A DNA stretch of 64,000 nucleotides. Source: Bacteroidota bacterium (lineage in GTDB: Bacteria; Bacteroidota; Bacteroidia; Chitinophagales; Chitinophagaceae). The notes beneath the pieces are model-generated. The model searched no databases. It was not told where the DNA came from and saw nothing but the letters and a program-made list of their open reading frames with translations. Of this stretch, positions 18,952 to 27,116 are shown one piece after another. The position numbers and the translations under genes were made by a program. The DNA is taken from NCBI GenBank assembly GCA_041176305.1, contig JBEDDG010000004.1:5452-69451 (forward strand). Reading direction: 5' to 3'. The stretch's first letter is position 1. Each line of letters starts with the position of its first letter.

Positions 18952-19398
18952 ATGAAAAAGCTTACCCGTTTTTTAGCGATGATGTTGATTTTAGTGAGTG
19001 CACAATTTGTGAGTATACAAGTAAGTGCACAAAATCAAGTTTCAGAAAAAGTACATCATGTAGTGATGCAATTAAATACGGCGGATACGGCTGCATGGAG
19101 CGGTGTTTTGGGCAACATTAAAAACTTTCAAAAAATTTGGCCTGGTAAAGTAGAAGTAGAAGTGGTTGTACATGGCAAAGCGCTGAATTTCTTAGTAGCA
19201 AGTAAATCACACTTAACAGGAGACATTGAAGCTTTGTCAAAAAAAGGGGTGCAATTTAGTGCTTGTGAAAACACCATGAATAAGTATGGTATTACCAAGT
19301 CTATGTTGCTTCCTTCAGCAAATACAGTACCTTCTGGTGTTGTCGAACTGATTCTTAAACAAGAAGCTGGTTGGGGTTATTTAAAGGCAGGATTATAA
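18952..19398 (+). CDS. Secreted DsrE-like protein
   Basis: Sec signal from ATG 18952 (VSA/Q); VEVVVHG, FSACENT, VPSGVVEL..KQEAGWGYLK. Confidence 0.8.
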   Translation: MKKLTRFLAMMLILVSAQFVSIQVSAQNQVSEKVHHVVMQLNTADTAAWSGVLGNIKNFQKIWPGKVEVEVVVHGKALNFLVASKSHLTGDIEALSKKGVQFSACENTMNKYGITKSMLLPSANTVPSGVVELILKQEAGWGYLKAGL

Positions 19399-19445
19399 AA
19401 CACCTATTCGTCTAAGTTTGGATTTATCCTATTTACGATATTGAG

Positions 19446-19480
19446 ATAAAACGCAGTCAATTTGACTGCGTTTTATTTTT
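19446..19480 (+). terminator. Intrinsic terminator after DsrE-like gene
   Basis: ATAAAACGCAGTC-AATTT-GACTGCGTTTTAT plus T tract. Confidence 0.8.
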
Positions 19481-19511
19481 ATTTATTACCTTTCGCAACA
19501 TTTAAAATACT

Positions 19512-20741
19512 ATGGATAAAGACGCATTACATTATCACGCCAAAGGTAGACCTGGAAAAATACAAGTGGTTCCAACCAAGGAAACGGCAACACAAAGGGA
19601 CTTAGCCTTGGCTTATTCTCCAGGTGTAGCATCGCCTTGTCTTGCCATTGAAGCAGATCCAAGTAAAGCTTATGAGTATACTACAAAGGGTAATTTAGTT
19701 GCTGTTATTTCTAATGGTACAGCCGTGTTGGGTCTTGGAGATATCGGCGCTTTAGCAAGTAAACCAGTGATGGAGGGGAAGGCACTTTTATTTAAAATTT
19801 TTGCTGACATTGATGTATTTGATTTAGAACTAGATACAAAAAATGTGGACGAGTTTGTGAGAACAGTAAAAATTCTAGCACCTACATTTGGCGGCATCAA
19901 TCTAGAGGATATCTCGGCACCTGAATGTTTTGAAATTGAGGAGAGATTGAAAGCTGAATTGACTATTCCAATCATGCATGACGACCAACATGGCACAGCT
20001 ATCGTAAGTGCTGCCGCTTTGTTGAATGCTTTAGAATTAAGCAATAAAAAAATACAAGAGGTAAAAGTGATTATAAACGGAGCTGGTGCGGCAGCTACTT
20101 CTTGTGCAAGTATTTATTTGGCATTAGGTGTACAACCTAACAACTTATTCATGTTTGATTCTAAAGGATTAATTCATACCGATAGAACAAATTTAGATGG
20201 ACGTAAAAAATTATTTACGAACCAAAAACTTCCTGCCAATGCTAGTTTAGCGGAGGCACTAGTGGGTGCAGATGTTTTTTTAGGATTATCTAAAGCAGAT
20301 ATTTTGTCTGGAGAGATGTTACAATCCATGGCAGCTAATTGTATTGTTTTTGCCTTAGCGAACCCCAATCCTGAAATTAGTTATGAAAAAGCAATATTGG
20401 CTAGGCCGGATATAATTTTTGCAACAGGTAGAAGCGATTACCCGAATCAAGTCAATAATGTATTAGGCTTCCCTTACATCTTTAGAGGCGCATTGGACGT
20501 TCGAGCAACAAAAATTAATGAAGCAATGAAGTTGGCAGCAGTCCATGCACTTGCTGATTTAACCAAGGAGCCTGTTCCAAAAGAGGTAGTAGATATTTAT
20601 GGAGGCCAACCAATCGCATTCGGCCCTACTTATATCATACCTAAACCATTCGATAACAGACTATTAAAGGTGGTGTCTAGCGCTGTTGCCAAGGCTGCCA
20701 TTGAATCAGGAGTGGCACAAATCAAAGAATTACCTGCTTAA
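19512..20741 (+). CDS. maeB: Malic enzyme (MaeB N-terminal domains only, no PTA-like domain)
   Basis: [54 protein letters not shown]. Confidence 0.85.
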   Translation: MDKDALHYHAKGRPGKIQVVPTKETATQRDLALAYSPGVASPCLAIEADPSKAYEYTTKGNLVAVISNGTAVLGLGDIGALASKPVMEGKALLFKIFADIDVFDLELDTKNVDEFVRTVKILAPTFGGINLEDISAPECFEIEERLKAELTIPIMHDDQHGTAIVSAAALLNALELSNKKIQEVKVIINGAGAAATSCASIYLALGVQPNNLFMFDSKGLIHTDRTNLDGRKKLFTNQKLPANASLAEALVGADVFLGLSKADILSGEMLQSMAANCIVFALANPNPEISYEKAILARPDIIFATGRSDYPNQVNNVLGFPYIFRGALDVRATKINEAMKLAAVHALADLTKEPVPKEVVDIYGGQPIAFGPTYIIPKPFDNRLLKVVSSAVAKAAIESGVAQIKELPA

Positions 20742-20770
20742 TCTCTTTATTTTTTCAATTTGCTCAATTT

Positions 20771-20786
20771 TGTGATTTTTGTCACA
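20771..20786. promoter_or_regulatory. Crp-type box upstream of PDO2-cydAB
   Basis: Perfect TGTGA-TTTTTG-TCACA; -7-like CATCTTTG at 20808-20815. Confidence 0.8.
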
Positions 20787-20863
20787 AATAGTATATCTAT
20801 TTGGTGGCATCTTTGTAAGGCATGACTGAGGTCATTCATTTAAAAATCAATAAAAAAAATAGT

Positions 20864-22255
20864 ATGTTTTTCCAACACGTTTACGACAAGACTTTAGCGC
20901 AAGCAAGTTATTTTATTGGATGTCAAAAAGCTGGAGTAGCAGCTGTGATTGATCCTAAGCGCGATATTGACACTTATTTAGAAATAGCGAAACAAAATAA
21001 TATGCAGATCACGCATATTTTTGAAACGCATATCCATGCCGATTTTTTAACTGGATCTAGAGAGTTAGCAGCGGTAACTGGCGCTAAAATGTATTTATCA
21101 GATGAAGGTGGTCCGGGTTGGGAATATGAATTTGCACACGAGGGCATGAAGCATCATTCAGAAGTGATGGTGGGCAACTTAAAAATCCAAGTTTTACATA
21201 CGCCGGGCCATACGCCAGAAAGTATCAGCTTTTTATTGACAGATACGCCGGCAAGCAAAGAGCCAGTGATGTTATTTACAGGTGATTTTGTATTTGTTGG
21301 TGATATTGGTCGTCCAGACTTATTGGAGAAAGCAGCAGGTATGGTAGGCACACAAGATAAGGGTGCAGAGCAAATGTACCAGTCTATTAATTTATTTTCT
21401 GAATTACCTGATTTCCTTCAAGTTTGGCCTGGTCACGGTGCTGGTTCTGCTTGCGGTAAAGCCTTGGGTGCTGTACCAAGTACAACTGTTGGTTATGAGA
21501 AAAAAAGAAACTGGGCATTTCAATATGGCGCAGATAAGGCTGGCTTCGTACAATATTTATTGACAGATCAGCCAGAGCCACCTAAGTATTTCGCTAAAAT
21601 GAAGGAGTTGAATAAAGTAAATCGTCCTTTGTTAACAGAAGTGCCAACTATTAAGGAGTTGTCTGCTAGTGAATTAAAAGCGGCTACCGATAATGGAATG
21701 AAATTAATTGACACTAGAAATAAATTAGATTTCCAAAATGGATTTATTCCTGGAAGTATTAATATTCAAGGGAACAATTCATTTGCTACTTGGATGGGTT
21801 GGTTCGTTTCTTATGAAGAAAAATTTATTTTAATTGCTGAGCCAAGTCAAGTTGATGACTTAACTAGAAAATTAATGCGCATAGGCTTAGATAACATTTT
21901 TGGTTTTGTAGATGCGTCTAAAGTTGCTCAAGTTTACAGTGGCAGTTTAGAAAAATCAAATATGGTTACAATTGATACAGTGAAAGCAAATACGACTGCA
22001 GAGATTATTGATATTAGAGGAGTTGCAGAATTCAACAGCGGACATATTGCAGGTGCGAAAAATGTTTTTGTGGGTACACTATTACAAAATTTAGCTAAAG
22101 TACCAAAAGACAAGCCAGTAATCATTCACTGTCAAGGTGGTGATAGAGCAGCGATAGGTTATTCTTTATTGATGAAAGAAGGTTATACAAATATTGCTAA
22201 TTATAGTGGTGGTATTAATGAGTGGGTGAAAGAACAACAACCTCTTGTTAGCTAA
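20864..22255 (+). CDS. MBL-fold persulfide dioxygenase-rhodanese fusion (CstB-like), paralog 2
   Basis: ETHIHADF, HTPGHT, GDIGRPDL, HGAGSACGK, HCQGGDR; start ATG 20864. Confidence 0.85.
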   Translation: MFFQHVYDKTLAQASYFIGCQKAGVAAVIDPKRDIDTYLEIAKQNNMQITHIFETHIHADFLTGSRELAAVTGAKMYLSDEGGPGWEYEFAHEGMKHHSEVMVGNLKIQVLHTPGHTPESISFLLTDTPASKEPVMLFTGDFVFVGDIGRPDLLEKAAGMVGTQDKGAEQMYQSINLFSELPDFLQVWPGHGAGSACGKALGAVPSTTVGYEKKRNWAFQYGADKAGFVQYLLTDQPEPPKYFAKMKELNKVNRPLLTEVPTIKELSASELKAATDNGMKLIDTRNKLDFQNGFIPGSINIQGNNSFATWMGWFVSYEEKFILIAEPSQVDDLTRKLMRIGLDNIFGFVDASKVAQVYSGSLEKSNMVTIDTVKANTTAEIIDIRGVAEFNSGHIAGAKNVFVGTLLQNLAKVPKDKPVIIHCQGGDRAAIGYSLLMKEGYTNIANYSGGINEWVKEQQPLVS

Positions 22256-22265
22256 ATAAAAAATT

Positions 22266-23636
22266 ATGGAAACTGAAATATTGGCTCGAATTCAATTCGC
22301 TTTTACGGTAGCATTTCATTATATCTATCCACCTTTAAGCATTGGCTTGGGACTTATTTTAGTGATTATGGAGGGCATGTACCTTAAAACTGGGTTGCAG
22401 CATTATAAACAAATGACGCAGTTTTGGATTAAGGTATTTGCCCTTATTTTTGGTATAGGCGTAGCGACCGGCATAGTAATGGAATTTGAATTTGGGACCA
22501 ATTGGGCTGCTTATTCGAAATATGTTGGGGATATTTTTGGTAGCGCTTTGGCGGCTGAAGGCATTTTTGCTTTTGCTTTAGAAAGTGGTTTCTTGGGTAT
22601 CTTATTATTCGGCTGGCATAGGGTTTCACCTAAAGTGCATTATTTTTCTACCATCATGGTTTTTTTGGGATCTATGTTTAGTGCCGTGTGGATTGTTGTT
22701 GCAAATAGCTGGCAACAAACACCAGCAGGCTTTCATATTGTTGGAGAAGGCATGAAGGCAAGAGCAGAAATCACGGACTTCTGGGCGATGGTTTTTAATC
22801 CATCTAGCATGGATCGTTTAACACATGTTTGGATAGGATCCTTTTTATCAGGAGCATTTTTGGTATTAAGTGTGAATGCTTATTATATTCTTAGAAAAAA
22901 ACATTTAGAAATTGCTAAGCCTTCATTTAAAATTGCTTTATTCATAGCCACGTTTTTTTCTTTTGCTCAATTAGCAACAGGTCATAAAAGTGCGGATGGC
23001 GTTGCGGTGAATCAACCTGCTAAACTTGCAGCATTAGAAGGACATTATGATAGCAGTGCAGCTGCGGATATGTATTTATTAGGCTGGGTAGATAATAAAA
23101 GTCAGCAAGTAACTGGATTAAAAATTCCAGGAGGTTTAAGTTTTCTACTGCACCAAGATTTTAAAAAACCAGTCACTGGCTTAAATGCCTTTGATCCAAA
23201 TAATAGACCAACACAAGTTAACGCCATATTTCAGGTATATCATATCATGATTGCTATTGGCATGTTTTTGATTGCACTAACAGCCTATGCTTCATGGCTC
23301 CTATATAAGGGTAAACTTTTTGAACAAAAGTGGTTATTGCATGTTTTTGCTTGGTCTGTCTTTTTACCACAAATAGCCAATCAAGCAGGTTGGTTTGCTG
23401 CCGAAATGGGACGACAGCCATGGGTGGTCTATGGTTTATTAAGAACATCTGATGCATTGTCTAAAACAGTGAAGGCCAATCAAATTGTTTTTTCATTGAT
23501 TCTTTTTGGACTTGTCTATTTAACACTTTTTGCTTTATTCATTTATTTATTGAATAAAAAAATTAAGCACGGTCCTGTGTCGGGTCATGAAACAGGGGAA
23601 ATACATAGCAATAGAGAAGAAAGAATTACCGTTTAA
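22266..23636 (+). CDS. cydA: Cytochrome bd ubiquinol oxidase subunit I
   Basis: [49 protein letters not shown]. Confidence 0.95.
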   Translation: METEILARIQFAFTVAFHYIYPPLSIGLGLILVIMEGMYLKTGLQHYKQMTQFWIKVFALIFGIGVATGIVMEFEFGTNWAAYSKYVGDIFGSALAAEGIFAFALESGFLGILLFGWHRVSPKVHYFSTIMVFLGSMFSAVWIVVANSWQQTPAGFHIVGEGMKARAEITDFWAMVFNPSSMDRLTHVWIGSFLSGAFLVLSVNAYYILRKKHLEIAKPSFKIALFIATFFSFAQLATGHKSADGVAVNQPAKLAALEGHYDSSAAADMYLLGWVDNKSQQVTGLKIPGGLSFLLHQDFKKPVTGLNAFDPNNRPTQVNAIFQVYHIMIAIGMFLIALTAYASWLLYKGKLFEQKWLLHVFAWSVFLPQIANQAGWFAAEMGRQPWVVYGLLRTSDALSKTVKANQIVFSLILFGLVYLTLFALFIYLLNKKIKHGPVSGHETGEIHSNREERITV

Positions 23637-23645
23637 AAAAATAAC

Positions 23646-24680
23646 ATGGAAACATTATTAGGATTAGATTATAACACATGGTGGTTCCTTGTTTTTGGAG
23701 GAGTCATTTCTGGCTATGCCATCTTAGATGGATTTGATTTAGGAGCCGGCGCTTTACATTTATTTTTAAAAAAAGAAGAAAGCAGGCGTATTGCATTAAA
23801 TGCAATAGGGCCCATTTGGGATGGTAATGAGGTATGGCTTGTAATTGGAGGCGGTGCTTTGTTTGCTGGTTTCCCTGTAGCCTATGCGGCAATTTTTTCT
23901 GCATTTTATATTCCATTTATGGTTTTTATCGTTGGACTAATTTGGCGCGGTGTGGCCATTGAGTTTAGAAGCAAGGAGCCTGGTAAAAAATGGAGAATGG
24001 TATGGGATTTTATTTATTCTTTTGCAAGCATCACTATTGCTGTTTCATTGGGATTAATGTTGGGTAATGTTGCTTTGGGTATTCCTTTAAATGCAGAACA
24101 TGAATTTATTGGAGACTGGTTGAGTTTTTTAAACCCATTTAGTATTATGGTGGCTATTACGAGCTTGGCATTGTTCATGATGCATGGTGCTATTTTCTTG
24201 GCAATGAAAACAGAAAATAGATTATTTGCAAAAATCACTGTATTAGCTAAAAATTTTACCATCTTTTTTTTAGTTGCTTTTGGCTTCTCTTCATTATATA
24301 CTTTATTGTATATCCCACATTTGAGTGATCAATTAAGAACTCATCCAGCTTATTTTATTTTACCCTTAATCATGTTTTTAGCGATTGCAAATATTCCAAG
24401 ACAATTGAATAAACGTAAATATAGATTTGCCTTTATAAGCTCTTCTATTACAATTGCATCTTTGTTAGCAATGGTTGCTTTGGAAGTATTTCCTGTTCTC
24501 TTAATGGCAAGTAATAATTCGGCTAATAGTATTACCATAACAAATGCTGCTTCTTCATTAAAAACAATGAAAACTTTGTTATTAATTGCGGGGATTGGCA
24601 CGCCACTTGTTGGCGCATATACTTTGTTTGTTTTTTGGACATTTAAAGGTAAAGTGCAGATGGACGAGATGAGTTACTAG
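23646..24680 (+). CDS. cydB: Cytochrome bd ubiquinol oxidase subunit II
   Basis: YAILDGFDLG, IGPIWDGNEVWL, RGVAIEFRSK. Confidence 0.95.
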   Translation: METLLGLDYNTWWFLVFGGVISGYAILDGFDLGAGALHLFLKKEESRRIALNAIGPIWDGNEVWLVIGGGALFAGFPVAYAAIFSAFYIPFMVFIVGLIWRGVAIEFRSKEPGKKWRMVWDFIYSFASITIAVSLGLMLGNVALGIPLNAEHEFIGDWLSFLNPFSIMVAITSLALFMMHGAIFLAMKTENRLFAKITVLAKNFTIFFLVAFGFSSLYTLLYIPHLSDQLRTHPAYFILPLIMFLAIANIPRQLNKRKYRFAFISSSITIASLLAMVALEVFPVLLMASNNSANSITITNAASSLKTMKTLLLIAGIGTPLVGAYTLFVFWTFKGKVQMDEMSY

Positions 24681-24703
24681 CATTTTTCTTTGTAAATTTG
24701 AGC

Positions 24704-25042
24704 ATGGAAAAATCACTCGAACAAAACATTAATAAGGACCTAATCTTAAGAGAAAGATTGGCGATACAAAGAACTTTCATGGCCAATCAAACTACATTAC
24801 TTTCATTTGTCCGTACAGCCTTATATTTTTTAGTAGCTGGATTATCTATAAGAGGCTTTTTCAAATTAGATGTCCTTGTTTATCTTGAGACCCTCTTTTT
24901 TTCAATCTCTATCATTTTATTGATTTTTGGCTTCTATAGCTTTTTTAGAAATAAAAAGCTAATCAAAGAAAGCCAAAGACATATAGGTAATTACCAAGAA
25001 GATTATTATGCTGCTCCAATTGATAAAACAATTGATGCATAA
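24704..25042 (+). CDS. DUF202/YidH family small membrane protein
   Basis: RERLAIQRTFMANQTTLLSFVRTAL motif; own TAAATTTG element at 24693-24700 favours ATG 24704. Confidence 0.75.
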   Translation: MEKSLEQNINKDLILRERLAIQRTFMANQTTLLSFVRTALYFLVAGLSIRGFFKLDVLVYLETLFFSISIILLIFGFYSFFRNKKLIKESQRHIGNYQEDYYAAPIDKTIDA

Positions 25043-25057
25043 TATTGTTATTATTGG

Positions 25058-25201
25058 ATGAAAGGGGTAAAAAAACAAGATCTACCAGAAAAAATTTGCA
25101 AAACCTGCGGTCGTCCATTTAGTTGGAGAAAAAAATGGGAAAGATGCTGGGATGAAGTGCAGTATTGTAGTGAAGGGTGTAAAAAGAAAAAACCTAAATA
25201 G
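25058..25201 (+). CDS. DUF2256 family small Cys-rich protein (47 aa; absent from ORF track)
   Basis: Manual translation MKGVKKQDLPEKICKTCGRPFSWRKKWERCWDEVQYCSEGCKKKKPK*. Confidence 0.85.
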   Translation: MKGVKKQDLPEKICKTCGRPFSWRKKWERCWDEVQYCSEGCKKKKPK

Positions 25202-25203
25202 TC

Positions 25204-25238
25204 AGATAGCGCGATTCATCGGATCGCGCTATCTTTTT
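25204..25238 (+). terminator. Intrinsic terminator overlapping the TIGR03643 stop codon
   Basis: AGATAGCGCGAT-TCATCGG-ATCGCGCTATCT followed by TTTT. Confidence 0.7.
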
Positions 25239-25549
25239 GATATCTTATTCCCACTTATTTTTTGTCTACTGCATTTGAAACGAATGACGTCTGTACTTCT
25301 TAAAACGGCATGTTTTGTTTTCCTGGATGCCATGCGTTTGCGCCACATTCTAAAGCTAGAGGGTTTTGAATTGGCGCGCATAAATTCAATCACTTCTTTC
25401 TCGCTCAATCCAAATTGAAATTCAATTGCTTCAAATGGGGTACGGTCTTCCCAGGCCATTTCAATAATGCGATCTCTGTCCTTCTCTTCCCATTCTGGTC
25501 TTAAAATAGGTTCCGCCGGTCTTGGATTGATCAAGTCTATTTTTTCCAT
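25229..25549 (-). CDS. TIGR03643/DUF2805 family protein
   Basis: RIIEMAWEDRTPFEAIEFQFGLSEKEVI..MR...K.SSFRMWRKR signature. Confidence 0.85.
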   Translation of the reverse strand: MEKIDLINPRPAEPILRPEWEEKDRDRIIEMAWEDRTPFEAIEFQFGLSEKEVIEFMRANSKPSSFRMWRKRMASRKTKHAVLRSTDVIRFKCSRQKISGNKISKR

Positions 25550-25562
25550 TGTACTATCTCTT

Positions 25563-27059
25563 TTACTTTAAATCTTTTAAAAATTGTGCTGCATTATTTA
25601 AATGTGTTGCTCTTTTTTCTTCTGGCATTTTATCCCAAGTACTTAATAACATGGCCCATCTTGGATTTTTAGAAAATACCGCGCGTTGTTTGGATAAGAA
25701 TCGCCAGAATAAACCATCCCATATTGCTTGCCAATCCCCTTTTGGAAAATCCCCCATTTTCATCAAATAGTTGGAGCCACAGATATAGGGCTTGGTAGTA
25801 ATCATACCTCCGTCGGCAAATTGGGACATACCATATACATTCGGCACCATAACCCAATCATAAGCGTCGATATACATTTCCATAAACCATTGGTAGACAT
25901 CGTCTGGACAAATTTCGCAGAGCAACATGAAATTACCCAAGACCATCAATCTTTCTATATGATGGTTGTATCCTGAATCTAATAATTTTTGGATCGTGCT
26001 ATCTATGGGTGCAATACCCGTGCTGCCATCATAAAAAGACTTGGGCATTTTTTTGGTGAAGCCCCAATAATTTTTTGTCCTTTGTTGACTTCCAATTTTA
26101 CGATAGGTTAATTGCACAAATTCTCTCCATCCAATAATTTGTCTAATGATACCTTCTATACTATTAATGGGTGCTTTTGCGCTGGCGTAAGCTTTTAATA
26201 AAGCCTCTAAAAATTCAGCTGGTTGAATCAAGCCCACATTGATCATTGGACTAAGCACACTATGAAATAAAGTTTTTTCAGCTACCAACATGGCGTCTTC
26301 ATACAATCCAAATAATTCTATTTTTTCTGCAATAAATAAATGCATTGCTTTTTTTGCTTCTGCATGGGTCACAGGATAGTATACTTCGGTTCCACCTGCA
26401 TTAAAAGGAGCATTTGAATGACCTGGGTTATTTTTAAATCGATCCCTTACATAATTCGTTGCCTCTTCTATGAATTCATTGGATTTAAAAAAATGAATTG
26501 CAGGGATGGGTGTATTCTTAGGAATTTTTTTTCTGTTCTCTACATCAAAACTCCATTGACCTCCTATTGGACTGCCATCTTTTTCTAATAAAATTTTTCT
26601 TTCTTTTCTTTGATCAGTATAAAAGCCAGTTTGATAAAATGTTTTTTTGGTTCCGAGTAAATCAGTGTCCTTCGGTTGATTATTTAAAAAGTTAGGACTA
26701 GGTAGATAGTGTAATTCAATTTTGTACACTTGGCCAGCTTTGTTTAATTGTAGACGAATCCAGTAATCCGAAGGATCGTAAACGACAATTTTTTTAACTC
26801 CTTTTTTTGCAAGCATTTTTAAAAGTGCGTCTATTTTGGCACAAGGATCATGCGCCTCAATGTAAACACAGGAAGCGCCTCTTTCGCTAAGAAGCTTTGA
26901 ATAGTATTTCATAGAGGCCCTATGAAATAGAATTTTTTGTTGATGGAATTGATATTGCAAAAAAAACAAATCTGATTCTATCAAGTAGATCGTCCCACCT
27001 TGAGCATTGAATGCTGTTTGGTCAAAAAGTTGATGGGGGAAAACGAGCTGTGCTTGCAT
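25563..27059 (-). CDS. Cryptochrome/photolyase family protein (bacterial (6-4) photolyase/PhrB-like)
   Basis: LVFPHQLF, GGQWSFD.ENRK, FHSVLSP, RQIIGWREF, HHIERLM, DAYDWVM.PNV.GM, KPY. Confidence 0.85.
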   Translation of the reverse strand: MQAQLVFPHQLFDQTAFNAQGGTIYLIESDLFFLQYQFHQQKILFHRASMKYYSKLLSERGASCVYIEAHDPCAKIDALLKMLAKKGVKKIVVYDPSDYWIRLQLNKAGQVYKIELHYLPSPNFLNNQPKDTDLLGTKKTFYQTGFYTDQRKERKILLEKDGSPIGGQWSFDVENRKKIPKNTPIPAIHFFKSNEFIEEATNYVRDRFKNNPGHSNAPFNAGGTEVYYPVTHAEAKKAMHLFIAEKIELFGLYEDAMLVAEKTLFHSVLSPMINVGLIQPAEFLEALLKAYASAKAPINSIEGIIRQIIGWREFVQLTYRKIGSQQRTKNYWGFTKKMPKSFYDGSTGIAPIDSTIQKLLDSGYNHHIERLMVLGNFMLLCEICPDDVYQWFMEMYIDAYDWVMVPNVYGMSQFADGGMITTKPYICGSNYLMKMGDFPKGDWQAIWDGLFWRFLSKQRAVFSKNPRWAMLLSTWDKMPEEKRATHLNNAAQFLKDLK

Positions 27060-27116
27060 TTAATTTAAACATTTCACAAGCAAAATTGTTCATTGTATAA
27101 GACCAATTCTAACCCC

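Noticed and set aside
24704-25042. DUF202 gene as a CydX-like third subunit of cytochrome bd
   Set aside because: Wrong size and family, and it has its own TAAATTTG promoter element
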